The position numbers were made by a program, and so were the translations under genes. DNA of 63,548 bases, the filler included, from Octopus bimaculoides (lineage: Eukaryota), in NCBI RefSeq assembly GCF_001194135.2. It is 4 parts of 4 records of this genome, joined end to end, with 100 filler letters (N's around TTAATTAATTAA, not from the genome) between each part and the next. Parts side by side here need not be neighbours in the genome. Positions count along the whole stretch, not along the records: positions 24,557 to 50,399 come from NC_068992.1; 3 more parts are not named here. One strand, 5' to 3'. Positions 25,018-37,289 of this stretch are shown here, piece by piece; the stretch's first letter is position 1, and every line of letters starts with the position of its first letter. A model generated the notes under the pieces. It worked only from the letters and a program-made list of their open reading frames with translations. It made no database searches and had not been told where the DNA came from.

Positions 25018-26067
25018 ACCCACTTTTGTCTCCGATTTCATTGCTTGTCTACATCTGACGTCTCGATACGAAACGTTGTAGCAAAAATAAGTGCTGACTA
25101 TAAGTTCTATAGAATATCTGTAGAAACAACCTTAAAAATCATGTAACAGGCACTGCTGATGCAGTGGCACGTGGTACTGACTAAGAAAAAACATTTAGCA
25201 TATTATGTTTTAATAACGAAGTACCACGTACCTACAAGCCTTTAATATGAATGACTCCCCACAGATGAGCTGGCATCAGACAACGAGATGCGTCCATTGG
25301 TTGCCTTTCTTTCTTCTTTATTTATCCATATAAAATGTGCAGATAGAGGATATTTGCATTCTTACCGTTTCTTCTTACAGCTAAAACTTTCAAACACACG
25401 CACGCACACACACACACACACACACATATACATATATATATATATATANNNNNNNNNNNNNNNNNNNNNNNNNNNNNNNNNNNNNNNNNNNNNNNNNNNN
25501 NNNNNNNNNNNNNNNNNNNNNNNNNNNNNNNNNNNNNNNNNNNNNNNNNNNNNNNNNNNNNNNNNNNNNNNNNNNNNNNNNNNNNNNNNNNNNNNNNNNN
25601 NNNNNNNNNNNNNNNNNNNNNNNNNNNNNNNNNNNNNNNNNNNNNNNNNNNNNNNNNNNNNNNNNNNNNNNNNNNNNNNNNNNNNNNNNNNNNNNNNNNN
25701 NNNNNNNNNNNNNNNNNNNNNNNNNNNNNNNNNNNNNNNNNNNNNNNNNNNNNNNNNNNNNNNNNNNNNNNNNNNNNNNNNNNNNNNNNNNNNNNNNNNN
25801 NNNNNNNNNNNNNNNNNNNNNNNNNNNNNNNNNNNNNNNNNNNNNNNNNNNNNNNNNNNNNNNNNNNNNNNNNNNNNNNNNNNNNNNNNNNNNNNNNNNN
25901 NNNNNNNNNNNNNNNNNNNNNNNNNNNNNNNNNNNNNNNNNNNNNNNNNNNNNNNNNNNNNNNNNNNNNNNNNNNNNNNNNNNNNNNNNNNNNNNNNNNN
26001 NNNNNNNNNNNNNNNNNNNNNNNNNNNNNNNNNNNNNNNNNNNNNNNNNNNNNNNNNNNNNNNNNNN

Positions 26068-26127
<60 letters not shown>

Positions 26128-26159
26128 ATATGTGCGTGCGTGTGTATGAGGTATAAATG

Positions 26160-27000
26160 GAAAATTGAGGGAGTTGCTGCACGATTTTTTTATGGTGCTC
26201 TCTCTGGGGAGACATCAATTTGCAGGGTAGTTCTTCAGGGAACTGTACTGGGACCACTACTGTTTGTAACAACTCTTTCAGACATGCCCTCTCTCGTACA
26301 GTCAGCCATTCTCACCCGTTACGTTGATGACACAAAAGTATCTCAAGTGGCCAAAGACCCTGATGACATACAAAAACTGACCTGCATGCAATATACAAAT
26401 TGGCTGATGGATATAGCATGCAGTTCAATACCAATAAGACTACGATCGGAATACATATGATCAGTGACAGTGCAATCCCAGAGTTAGAATCGGTACGTGA
26501 TCTGGGAATCCACATGAGTAATGAGGCAAAGTTCCATGTGTATATTACCAAGATTGCAACACTATGTAGGTGGGTAATCAGATGGAGCTTTAAAGCATTC
26601 AGAACCAGAAATAAGGACCCCTTACTAATACTATAGAGGACGTTTGTTCTCAATTGTCTGAATTACTGCTCCCATCTGTGGTCGCCGCAAAGCGTCAAAT
26701 TAGTAGGGGAACTTGAGGCAATCCAGCATCACTACACAAAGAAGATTGACTCGGTGAAACAGATGAGCAACTGGGAGTGGCTACAAGAACTGACGCTCTA
26801 GGATCTGGAGAGAAGGCGACAAAGGCATGCAGTGATATACATATGGAAGACCCTGCAAGGACAAGCTCCCAACACCAAAGATACCGTCTTCTTCATCTCA
26901 GATAAGGACTCAGAATTGCAACAGCCTGGGTTTCAGGGGGACCACAACTCTTTAAAATCCTGCCAAGCAGTCTCAGATGAGTCACATCACAGCTGGAGAC
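26160..27000 (+). mobile_element. CR1-group LINE RT C-terminal half and 3' end
   Basis: VLQGTVLGPLLF, RYVDDTKVSQ, VRDLGIHMSNEAKFHVYI, and an LERRR-like C-terminus. Confidence 0.85.
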
Positions 27001-27460
27001 ACAATTGAAAGGAGATGCTCTAGCATGGCCCCCGACCTGTGGAGAAAATCAGTAAAATAGTGAAAGAGCATATATACATATATATATTAGCTGTGAGGTA
27101 AGAAGTTTGTTTCTGAACCATATGATATCAGAAATATGTTATCAAAGTAAATCTTTTCAAAATGCATAATTCATTAATAACTAAAATTTGCCAACCTGGA
27201 TTAATTAATCTGCAAATTATGCTTCATGTTTCTGTTCTGAATTAAATGGAGTTTTAAGCTGGGAATATACCGCCTGTCAATATATTAGACATAGTTAAAC
27301 GATTGAAAAGACATTAAGAAGATATATTATATATTTAATAAGATATTCTTAGAAAATCTTTAGCCTTACCATACCAATTACTTCTCTCTCGCTTATTGTC
27401 TCCCCTTCTCTCTCTCTCTCTCTCTTTTTCTCTCTCTCTCTCTCTCTCTCNNNNNNNNNN

Positions 27461-27493
<33 letters not shown>

Positions 27494-28744
27494 CTCTCTC
27501 TCTTAGTAGTGCCATTTGCTTGCTTTCTTTCTATTTGTCTCTCTATCGCTCTCATGCATATATATTATATAATAATATATATATACATGCATAAATACAT
27601 ATAGATATATGGCATGTATATATATATGTATATATATACATATGTATGTGTATACGTATATATATATATATATATATATNNNNNNNNNNNNNNNNNNNNN
27701 NNNNNNNNNNNNNNNNNNNNNNNNNNNNNNNNNNNNNNNNNNNNNNNNNNNNNNNNNNNNNNNNNNNNNNNNNNNNNNNNNNNNNNNNNNNNNNNNNNNN
27801 NNNNNNNNNNNNNNNNNNNNNNNNNNNNNNNNNNNNNNNNNNNNNNACATATATATGTATGTATATATTAATACATATGTGTGTGTGATATATATGTATA
27901 CACGCGCACATACACGCATACACACACGCACAGACACGCACACACATACATACACACGCACGCACACACTCACGCATATACTATTCGCTTTCCTCTTTAG
28001 CCGATATCTGATAATGGGATTTTAATAACAGTTGTGATAACTCATTAGTATAGAGATTATGTTCCATATTTCTATGATTGATAGAATGTAAGTAAATACG
28101 TCCATTAGGTTTATCTGTTGCAACGAAAGAGAGATAGAGAGGGAGTCAGAGATAGAGAGGGAGTCAGAGATAGAGAGGGAGTCAGAGATAGAGAGAGAGA
28201 GGCAGAGATTGAGAGAGATAGGCAGAGAGAGAGAGAGAGAGAGCTAAGACACCGATTGCTAGAGATTTGATATGATACAGTTACACAGCAACGGATTTTC
28301 ATTGTATAATAAATTAATGCTTCATTGATTCCGACGAGGATTGATCCAGTGTTTCAATCAACTCCACTACCTATTCATTGAAATATAATCTAAGTGGCTG
28401 AATATTCCGAAAATAAACGTGGTTTTTATGTGATCTTAAATAGGCAGAGTTAATGTGATATAATGTGAGACAAAGCTTGGTTTTTGAAATACAATTCTTC
28501 CGATAGGTTTCTTTGATCGTTTCCATCCAGTTTTCATGACTTTCATTAAAAAAATCAGAGACTGTACTAAAAGATGCTTGCTCAAAATGATAGACTCTAA
28601 GGACGGACTTGGCGGTTCATGATGACACATCTAAATTCTTCAGCAAACAACCATATCTATATCCATCTTTCGTATACACACAGGCACACATATATACAGA
28701 GAGACAAATATCACAAATGCTATATAATTATATAATTGGGCGCA

Positions 28745-28860
28745 AGTGTGGCTGTCTGGTAAGAAGCTTACTTCCAACCCACATGGTTACGGGTTCAGTC
28801 TCACTACGTGGCAATTTGGCCAAGTGTCTTATACTATAGCATCGGGCAGACCAAAGCTCT
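28745..28860 (+). mobile_element. SINE family A, 5' part
   Basis: GTGTGGCTGTCTGGTAAGAAGCTT...GGTTACGGGTTCAGTC...GGCCAAGTGTCTT. Confidence 0.7.
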
Positions 28861-30253
28861 CTCTCTCTCTCTCTATGCATGTGTGTATGTATGTATGTAT
28901 GCCTGTATGTATGAATGTATGCATGTATGTATATGTATGCATGTATGCGGGGAGGGGGAGGAGAGGAGGAAGAGGAGAGGAGGAGGANNNNNNNNNNNNN
29001 NNNNNNNNNNNNNNNNNNNNNNNNNNNNNNNNNNNNNNNNNNNNNNNNNNNNNNNNNNNNNNNNNNNNNNNNNNNNNNNNNNNNNNNNNNNNNNNNNNNN
29101 NNNNNNNNNNNNNNNNNNNNNNNNNNNNNNNNNNNNNNNNNNNNNNNNNNNNNNNNNNNNNNNNNNNNNNNNNNNNNNNNNNNNNNNNNNNNNNNNNNNN
29201 NNNNNNNNNNNNNNNNNNNNNNNNNNNNNNNNNNNNNNNNNNNNNNNNNNNNNNNNNNNNNNNNNNNNNNNNNNNNNNNNNNNNNNNNNNNNNNNNNNNN
29301 NNNNNNNNNNNNNNNNNNNNNNNNNNNNAGGAGATAACAATTAAGCGAAATGCGAAGCTGTTACAATATTGATTGAGAATATCTAAAGAAAACCTGAAAA
29401 ATGTGGGAATGGAAAGTAATGGCACAACAAAAATTTCAAGGCTTCAAGAGCAGAAATTCTATGAGAAGTATGCTTCATAGAACGTTTGTTACGATAAATA
29501 GTATGGCGCTTTTTATAAGCAATTTTTTTGTATGTCTACTCTAGACTTGAAAATGTCTGCTTTCTGCAGTAAGGCTTGGTCAAACAGGGCAGCATAATGC
29601 AAACAAATTGATGCCTGAACATTCCTTTTGATATATTACCTAAGCCACCGGTTACTAAGACGAAGGTGGCACGTATCGTTTGATGTGTGTTTTCCAACAT
29701 AAAAATAAGTCTTGTCTATGAAATGAAATGACGAACGATTGTGTCGTTCAATGTGCTAGTTTATGAATATGTTTTGTGTTCGTGTGTGCCTGTGTATTAA
29801 AAATACTTCCTTTTCTACACTCGCAAGGAGGTGTCTGTATGTGTATGTGTATGTGTATGTGTACGAGTGCATGTTTCCGTGTATGTGCCCGCTTCTCAGT
29901 GTGTGTTTGTGTATGTTTGTGAGACTGTGTTAGCGTGTGTGTGTGTGGCTATATAATATGTAAATATGCGTTTCCATTTGCTATCAGATATTATTGAATT
30001 CTGATTGCATGATCAGAGAGTGTGTGAGTGTTTTAGAGCAAGGATACGTGTATATACATATATACATATACATACTGACGCGAACAGATTTACATAATCT
30101 ACACAGGAACATATTCATATGTACATAAACATCCGTCCGTCAATACATACATACATATACTCTTACATATACATACATACATACATACATACATACATAG
30201 ACACAAAGACAGACTGATAGATAGATAGATAGATAGATAGATAAATAAATAGA

Positions 30254-30305
<52 letters not shown>

Positions 30306-30326
30306 TAGATAGATAGNNNNNNNNNN

Positions 30327-30408
<82 letters not shown>

Positions 30409-30439
30409 TGTATGCATATGTATAAATTGTTTCATGTTT

Positions 30440-30600
30440 AGGCGGTCGCCATAATGGGGCACCACCTTGAAGAATTTTAAATCAAATCAATCAAACTCAG
30501 TAAATATTTTTTCTTAGCCTGGTACTTATTCTATCAGTCTTTTGCCAAACCTCTAAGTTACGAGTATATAAACACAACACCGGTTGTTCATAGGTGGTGG
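30440..30600 (-). mobile_element. SINE family C fragment
   Basis: CCTGGTACTTATTCTATCAGTCTTTTGCCAAACCTCTAAGTTACG is the reverse complement of the motif at 49210-49270. Confidence 0.6.
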
Positions 30601-32139
30601 GTTGAACTACACACACACACACACACATATATAAATATATATATAAGTATATATATATATATNNNNNNNNNNNNNNNNNNNNNNNNNNNNNNNNNNNNNN
30701 NNNNNNNNNNNNNNNNNNNNNNNNNNNNNNNNNNNNNNNNNNNNNNNNNNNNNNNNNNNNNNNNNNNNNNNNNNNNNNNNNNNNNNNNNNNNNNNNNNNN
30801 NNNNNNNNNNNNNNNNNNNNNNNNNNNNNNNNNNNNNNNNNNNNNNNNNNNNNNNNNNNNNNNNNNNNNNNNNNNNNNNNNNNNNNNNNNNNNNNNNNNN
30901 NNNNNNNNNNNNNNNNNNNNNNNNNNNNNNNNNNNNNNNNNNNNNNNNNNNNNNNNNNNNAATCCCGCATATATATTACTTATGTTCCAGAGATGGTTTT
31001 AGACTCTTAATTTTTTTCACATAATAAGTAATGGGGCCCCTTGGAACAGAAAACCACCTTTCTTGGTGTACGTACGACTGCCCGCATTGTCCACGCATCG
31101 CTTCTGTTCAAACAGGAAAAAGCAGCTACTGAAATGGTATAAGTAGGTTGTATTAAGTGGACGAACCGATGTAGACTTCAAATTACATTGTCTAAATGGT
31201 AGCAATAAAAGCCTGTTCCCGCAATACCATAGGTAGCAATTTGTTGGAATAAAAACCGCATGAAAAATATGCTAAAATATATTAAATCCTGGACAGCTAT
31301 TCAACTATTTTATTTTAGCTTCAGTATCAAAATCTTTCTTTTAAGCATAGACGAAGCTCATACGAATATTCCTCAGCTATTGATTACAAACCGAAATATC
31401 GCATCTACATTAACCTACAAATTTATGGTATCTAAGACTCAATCACGTTTGTTAGAGACCGTGTCTTCAATGTGACCTTGCGTGCCCGGATGCTGCATGC
31501 ACGATTATTTCCGTTTGGGAGCTGAGTTGTCCTCACGATGGTCGCACGCTGTTTAAGCGAAAGAATGCATGGTTGAGCCAAGACTATTGATTCCAAACCG
31601 AAATGTCGCATGACAGTTTTGTTTTCAAGCACTTCCTACCAATCCCATCCTCTTACCACGTCACTTCTTTCATGTAGATTTCCCTCATGTGGTGCTGTTG
31701 AGCACTGACTTAATTTATCACATAGATGTAGTTCCTATGTCTGCCGAATGTTCAGCGTGATAGCGGCAGCGCTGAGAGACGCAATGGAAAGTACGTCCAC
31801 TGAGAGCTTTTTGGTGCGTTCAAAAATCACATACCCCTACCCATATTTCCATAACAGGTTAACGCCTGGTATCTTCTAAACAGAAACATGACATGTCACT
31901 TAGTTGACTTCTGTAGTGGACGGATAACACGGGACCCAAGCCTCGAATGAATTTTAAAGACAATAACTGTATTATTTGAGCAATGTTAATGGAATATTTT
32001 CCACATCATACAGATGATATAGCGTTCACGGCGGCACTGGAGGGAGTAACGCCTGAGCTTTTTGAGTCGATCCCAATAGTCAAGGCTTGTCATATCATCT
32101 CTTTTTGTGATTGATCACTGGGAGTTTCAATTTTCATAA

Positions 32140-32172
<33 letters not shown>

Positions 32173-32300
32173 CCCATAAGTTCATATTTAATCATGTCAG
32201 ATATAATATATAATGATTTATGTCACGCAAAAACTGAAGTATGTGTTTTACTTAAATGATTGAGTCATTTTTAAAATTAATATTTTCATTTTTCTTCCAG

Positions 32301-32410
32301 GAATGGTACGATACACGTTTAGAATGGAGTCCTGAAGAATATGGCGATGTCAAAATGATGCATATTCCATCGAAGGATTTATGGAGGCCGGATATTGTTT
32401 TATACAATAA
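32301..32410 (+). CDS. nAChR alpha subunit, 110-bp internal exon (loops D and A): EWYDTRLEWSPEEYGDVKMMHIPSKDLWRPDIVLYN(N)
   Basis: Polypyrimidine tract plus CAG acceptor; GTAAGT donor; WRPDIVLYN motif. The phase-2 end (AA) joins T at 41402 to give AAT-GCC-GAT-GGT (NADG). Confidence 0.96.
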
Positions 32411-32465
32411 GTAAGTACATAGTATTGATATATAAATACTTCGAGATATAATAGAACAAGAATTA

Positions 32466-32496
32466 TACGAGATCTGATCAATAAATATCCGGACTG
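32466..32496 (+). mobile_element. Isolated mariner-like TIR
   Basis: TACGAGATCTGATCAATAAATATCCGGACTG resembles irritans-type mariner termini. Confidence 0.45.
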
Positions 32497-32574
32497 TTGA
32501 CATAGTAACGAACTCAAAGCACGCAGAATGTAGCCTCTCGGCACAGATTGACCCTGAACTTTGCAATGCATGTT

Positions 32575-32762
32575 GTGCTGGCAGTGGCGGAGCTGGCGGT
32601 AGCAGTAATGCTTGTGGAGACGCTGGTGCTGGCGGCGGTGGTGAAGGTGGTGGTGGTGGCGGCGCGGTGGCATTGCTGGCGCTAGCAGAGGTGGCGCTCA
32701 TGGGGCTGGCTCTACCACCGCTGGCGAAGGTGGCGGTGCTGGCGGTGGTGGGTCTGGCGGTG
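32575..32762. repeat. GC-rich degenerate trinucleotide (GGT/GGC/GCT) low-complexity tract
   Basis: Directly visible; intronic. Confidence 0.8.
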
Positions 32763-33291
32763 ACGTCCATCAACCTCTCGCAAACATATATTATTTCAGT
32801 GAAACACATTCACTGATGCGAGAGGTTGATGGACTTTTTCAACCAGCTGGTCGTGCTACTTCAGGCTGATGACGAGCAAAGACTCAGANNNNNNNNNNNN
32901 NNNNNNNNNNNNNNNNNNNNNNNNNNNNNNNNNNNNNNNNNNNNNNNNNNNNNNNNNNNNNNNNNNNNNNNNNNNNNNNNNNNNNNNNNNNNNNNNNNNN
33001 NNNNNNNNNNNNNNNNNNNNNNNNNNNNNNNNNNNNNNNNNNNNNNNNNNNNNNNNNNNNNNNNNNNNNNNNNNNNNNNNNNNNNNNNNNNNNNNNNNNN
33101 NNNNNNNNNNNNNNNNNNNNNNNNNNNNNNNNNNNNNNNNNNNNNNNNNNNNNNNNNNNNNNNNNNNNNNNNNNNNNNNNNNNNNNNNNNNNNNNNNNNN
33201 NNNNNNNNNNNNNNNNNNNNNNNNNNNNNNNNNNNNNNNNNNNNNNNNNNNNNNNNNNNNNNNNNNNNNNNNNNNNNNNNNNNNNNNNNNN

Positions 33292-33338
<47 letters not shown>

Positions 33339-34153
33339 TACATTAATCTTTGTCTTACCAATGACTAAATAGATTGTGCCGTCGCTGATGAAGGAGAATA
33401 AGATTAAAACATGTCTCTTGAATACACCTGTTGGTTTTAAAGTCCTTAACCCCAATTTGCACACTCTCTATATTACCAAGGATCACTATTTTTTTTATTA
33501 CAGTTATTACTCTCGATTTCCGTGTGTACATTTTAAATTCTCTTACAGAATTCTCTTAGAGAATTTTAAAATTCTCTAAGAGAAGCAAGCACGCATGCTA
33601 TTCTGTGGTAGAGAAGGAATTGTAAAGGTGATTTGCTTGTGACTGATCTATAAAATGGTAAATGAAAAGACATCCAGAAAAATTTGCAAAGAATAGATCT
33701 ATTCGTGTGTTTTATCAAGTGTGTCTATCGGATTATCGGAAAAGGGAGATGTCGCCTTTCACTAAGTATATTAACATCTTAGTGTTACAGTATGTATTGT
33801 CTAGTTGTTATATTTTGTACATTTGACATTGTCCACTGCATGGACATAAATATATCGATAATGAATATATCGATATTAAATAAATTATATGATGGATGAC
33901 GTAATAAAAGTGATGCAACCCAGAATAGACAATATAAGAAATAATACATTATATAACTGCTTTGTTTCTCGTTCAGGAAAGTGAGTACGGTGTGAGCTTG
34001 TTGTGCCCAATGACCAGGAGTTGATAGATTAAAAGTGCGTTCTGCGAAGAAATGGATTGTGCTTTTGATATTCCATACATCTCAACTGAGTTGTCTACAA
34101 ACATACAATCCACATACATGCACATAGATAGATAGATAAATAGATAGATAGAC

Positions 34154-34223
<70 letters not shown>

Positions 34224-34225
<2 letters not shown>

Positions 34226-34588
34226 CAGTTTCTTTATTAGCCACACAGGGCCGAATACAGAAGGGACAAAATACAATGTAGAGCTTTTCTTTGCGAAAAT
34301 AGAAAAAAAAAAGAGAAAAATAAAAGGGATCAGAAAAAAATAGGCGATCAAAAGGGATCGTGCATCACAGAAAAGTGACAGGGAATAGACACATGAGAGA
34401 AAAGTGCTCTCTCTCTCTCTGTCTCCCTCTCTCTCTCTCTCTCTGTCNNNNNNNNNNNNNNNNNNNNNNNNNNNNNNNNNNNNNNNNNNNNNNNNNNNNN
34501 NNNNNNNNNNNNNNNNNNNNNNNNNNNNNNNNNNNNNNNNNNNNNNNNNNNNNNNNNNNNNNNNNNNNNNNNNNNNNNNNNNNNNNNN

Positions 34589-34619
<31 letters not shown>

Positions 34620-35768
34620 TACAGGATCATGCTCAAAGTGGTTTCGTCACTCGCACGCACCATCTTTGCTACATTCACCCACCTTTTATTGAAACTTTCA
34701 CGAGACAAAACTTGCCTCTCTATTCTCACCTTCCTTTTCAAGTGGTACTTCAAAAAGTTGATGAGCAATTGGCCAGAGAGGTAAGTGTTTGTTTCTAATC
34801 CTTTCGCTCGAGCCCACCACACACATTCTTTCACCATGGCCACCAGTACGATGAAGAGTGCGTGCAGAACGGTTTCGTCGCTCTGACCGCATCTCGGACA
34901 AGTCGGTCCGGTGCGTTTCGAACCGTGCCTGTAGAGCTTATCCCGAACAGGTAATGCTTCTCGATAGGACTGCCAGGCCAGGGATCTCTGGTGATTGTCC
35001 ATAGGTCTTGAACCGAAAGTTCTCTTGAACAAGCGGGTCAGGTGTTCCTCGTCGACGCCCAGACTCTCCTCGAGAACGTCATCGCACCTCTCTTCCACTA
35101 ATCCTCTAGCGAACGCCTTTATTGTAATGAAGTCGGACAGGTTTGGTCCTGGACGACAGAACTGCTTGAGAGCAAGGTGGCACTCACAGTGCCATTCGCC
35201 TAGCCTCGGTCTCTGTTATTCCACGACTGCAGTTTGGCCACAGAGACAAGCTGCAGGAAAGTGCGCCGCACAAACGGCGACCACACCTGTTCACCGTCGT
35301 CTATGAAGCGCCGGAGGTGTCGCAGTCTCAGCGCATGTCTGCGCATCATCAACCACGGCATGCCTAGCCTTCCATTTAGTGTGTGTTGACAGCAAATGGA
35401 TCGCCTAACCATTAGATCGCTTCCCTTCCGCAAGAAGCGGAAGAGTATGCGTTCCAGTTTGGTGATGGTAGGCTTGGGACAGGGTACGACTGTCAGACGG
35501 TGATCGGTAATGGATGCGATGTACGCGTTCACCACCTCCGACCGACCTTTTAGGGATAGCTTGCTCTCGGCCCATTGTTGGGTGAGAGTAGCCACCCTAG
35601 TCGTTATCTCATCCCAGTTCTTCTCCATTTGGCGGTCCGGACCGAACCAAACTCCGAGCAATTTAACCGGTCCGTCGGTCCAACGTCCCACGATGGAGAC
35701 GCTATTGGACGGCATGGGTTTGCTTCTCCAGGTGCCGAGCCGCAAGCCCACTGACTTTTCTCGGTTAA
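34224..35768 (-). mobile_element. 5'-truncated Tx1/L1-clade LINE (RT end, zf-RVT, 3' UTR)
   Basis: INREKSVGLRLGTW, VKLLGVWFG, RSLAWQSYREALPVRDKL...CPRCGQSDETVLHAL. The terminus AATAAAGAAAC abuts (TCTA)n. Confidence 0.9.
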
Positions 35769-37258
35769 TAATAAATCTAGTTGTTGTAGAATTAATCAAC
35801 GGAAAAGGGCGCAAAATGTGCGATTCTGCTGCTGAATCCGCAATAAGTATTTCCTATTTGTTTGTAATTGCTGAAACGTATTTCTTATCTGAAATTCAAG
35901 AGTTCGGTGGAATCCTAAGACCTAAAAATGAGATGTAGTCTTTCAGCTACATAGAAGCTGTATTTCTCAAATCTATTTACATATGACAGGGATTTTTTCT
36001 ACGATAATCTCATTGATGGTATATGGCGTGAAGTTGGTTTTCGAACCCAATTAATGGATAGCCAACTTAATGACTTTACTTTCGTTGATGTCTCGAAAAG
36101 AAGATCTCGCTCTCACTTTTTTGCTGATCCTACCTTATCGGAACAGTAAACTAAATGTGTGTATGTATGTTTTTTATTGTTTTATTTCAATATTTCTCGC
36201 CAATAGAGAAAGAATTGGTTTCTATCGTAGATCCAAGTCACTTTCATTGGAATTTCAACATCAACAACAGCGTATTTTTGTATGTATGTATGTAGGTATG
36301 TATGTATGTATGTATGTACACGTGCAGATTCATACGTTTTGTAATCTCTATAGTATAACCGCAGATTTCTCAATAGTTCAGGGTCGGTATTCTATTTTTC
36401 TCTGATCTTCAGCTTTATGTTAACATCCGCTGGGCAACCAATTTTCGCAACTGTACATAGTCACTCTTCTCTATCCCAAATCATTATATTCGGTTTGTTG
36501 TGCTTACATTTTATTGAGGTCTTCAGTGGGACATGCATGCATTCAGGTATCTAAGTAACTATGTATATGTAAATATCTCATCAAAGTAATGTGTTAGTAA
36601 CATAGAGGTGGAGAGAACACACCCCAATCACGATCCCCCTGAATTTCAAACACGTTGTTCCCACCACCCCAAAGGCATATACATACACGCAAGGGCATGC
36701 TACGACCCCACTCGTCGCAATGGAATTACCAGAGGACATTTATTATCATGCTAATTTAATGGGATCATAATTTACATTACAAGGTTCTGTCTCCTATTTT
36801 AGAAGACTATTCAAAAATCGTATTGACAGACGTTTCCAAGAATTTACCATTCAGGCGGAGACATTGCCCTTTTCTTCTTCTCCTTCCATGTTTCCGCTTC
36901 ACCCTCTTCTTAGCAATTTACATATGGTAAATAAATTTATATTGAGTTACAAATTTGCAATTCCTTATTCAAATACATAACACTGCGTGTGCGTATGTGT
37001 GCGTGTGTGTGTGTGTTTGTGTATGTGTGTGTGCCTGCACATCTGTGTGTGTTTAATATACATACACATACATATATACGCACACACAGACACACACTTG
37101 TATATACTTGCATATATGTCTGATACTGATATCTTCATTTATTTGTTTCATATGAATATAGATATGTGTATGTGTGCGTGTGAGTGTGTGCGTGTGCATC
37201 TATGTATGTGTGCGTGTGTATGAGGGTATGCATCTATGTATAGAAATATATACGTATA

Positions 37259-37289
<31 letters not shown>

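Noticed and set aside
31454-31516. RDRVFNVTLRARML resembling the FNVTLRRR of the receptor, as a duplicated exon
   Set aside because: Only six residues match, stops flank it closely, and there is no loop C or M1 similarity or splice context; likely chance.
32252-32809. 185-aa Pro/Ala-rich minus-strand ORF overlapping the nAChR exon
   Set aside because: It is the antisense reading of the GC-rich low-complexity tract and the exon; no domain.
33385-33415. CTGATGA...AAAACATGTC hammerhead-like string (similar weak cases near 22157 and 28530-28570 minus)
   Set aside because: Stem II and/or the GAAA core cannot be formed; too degenerate to support.
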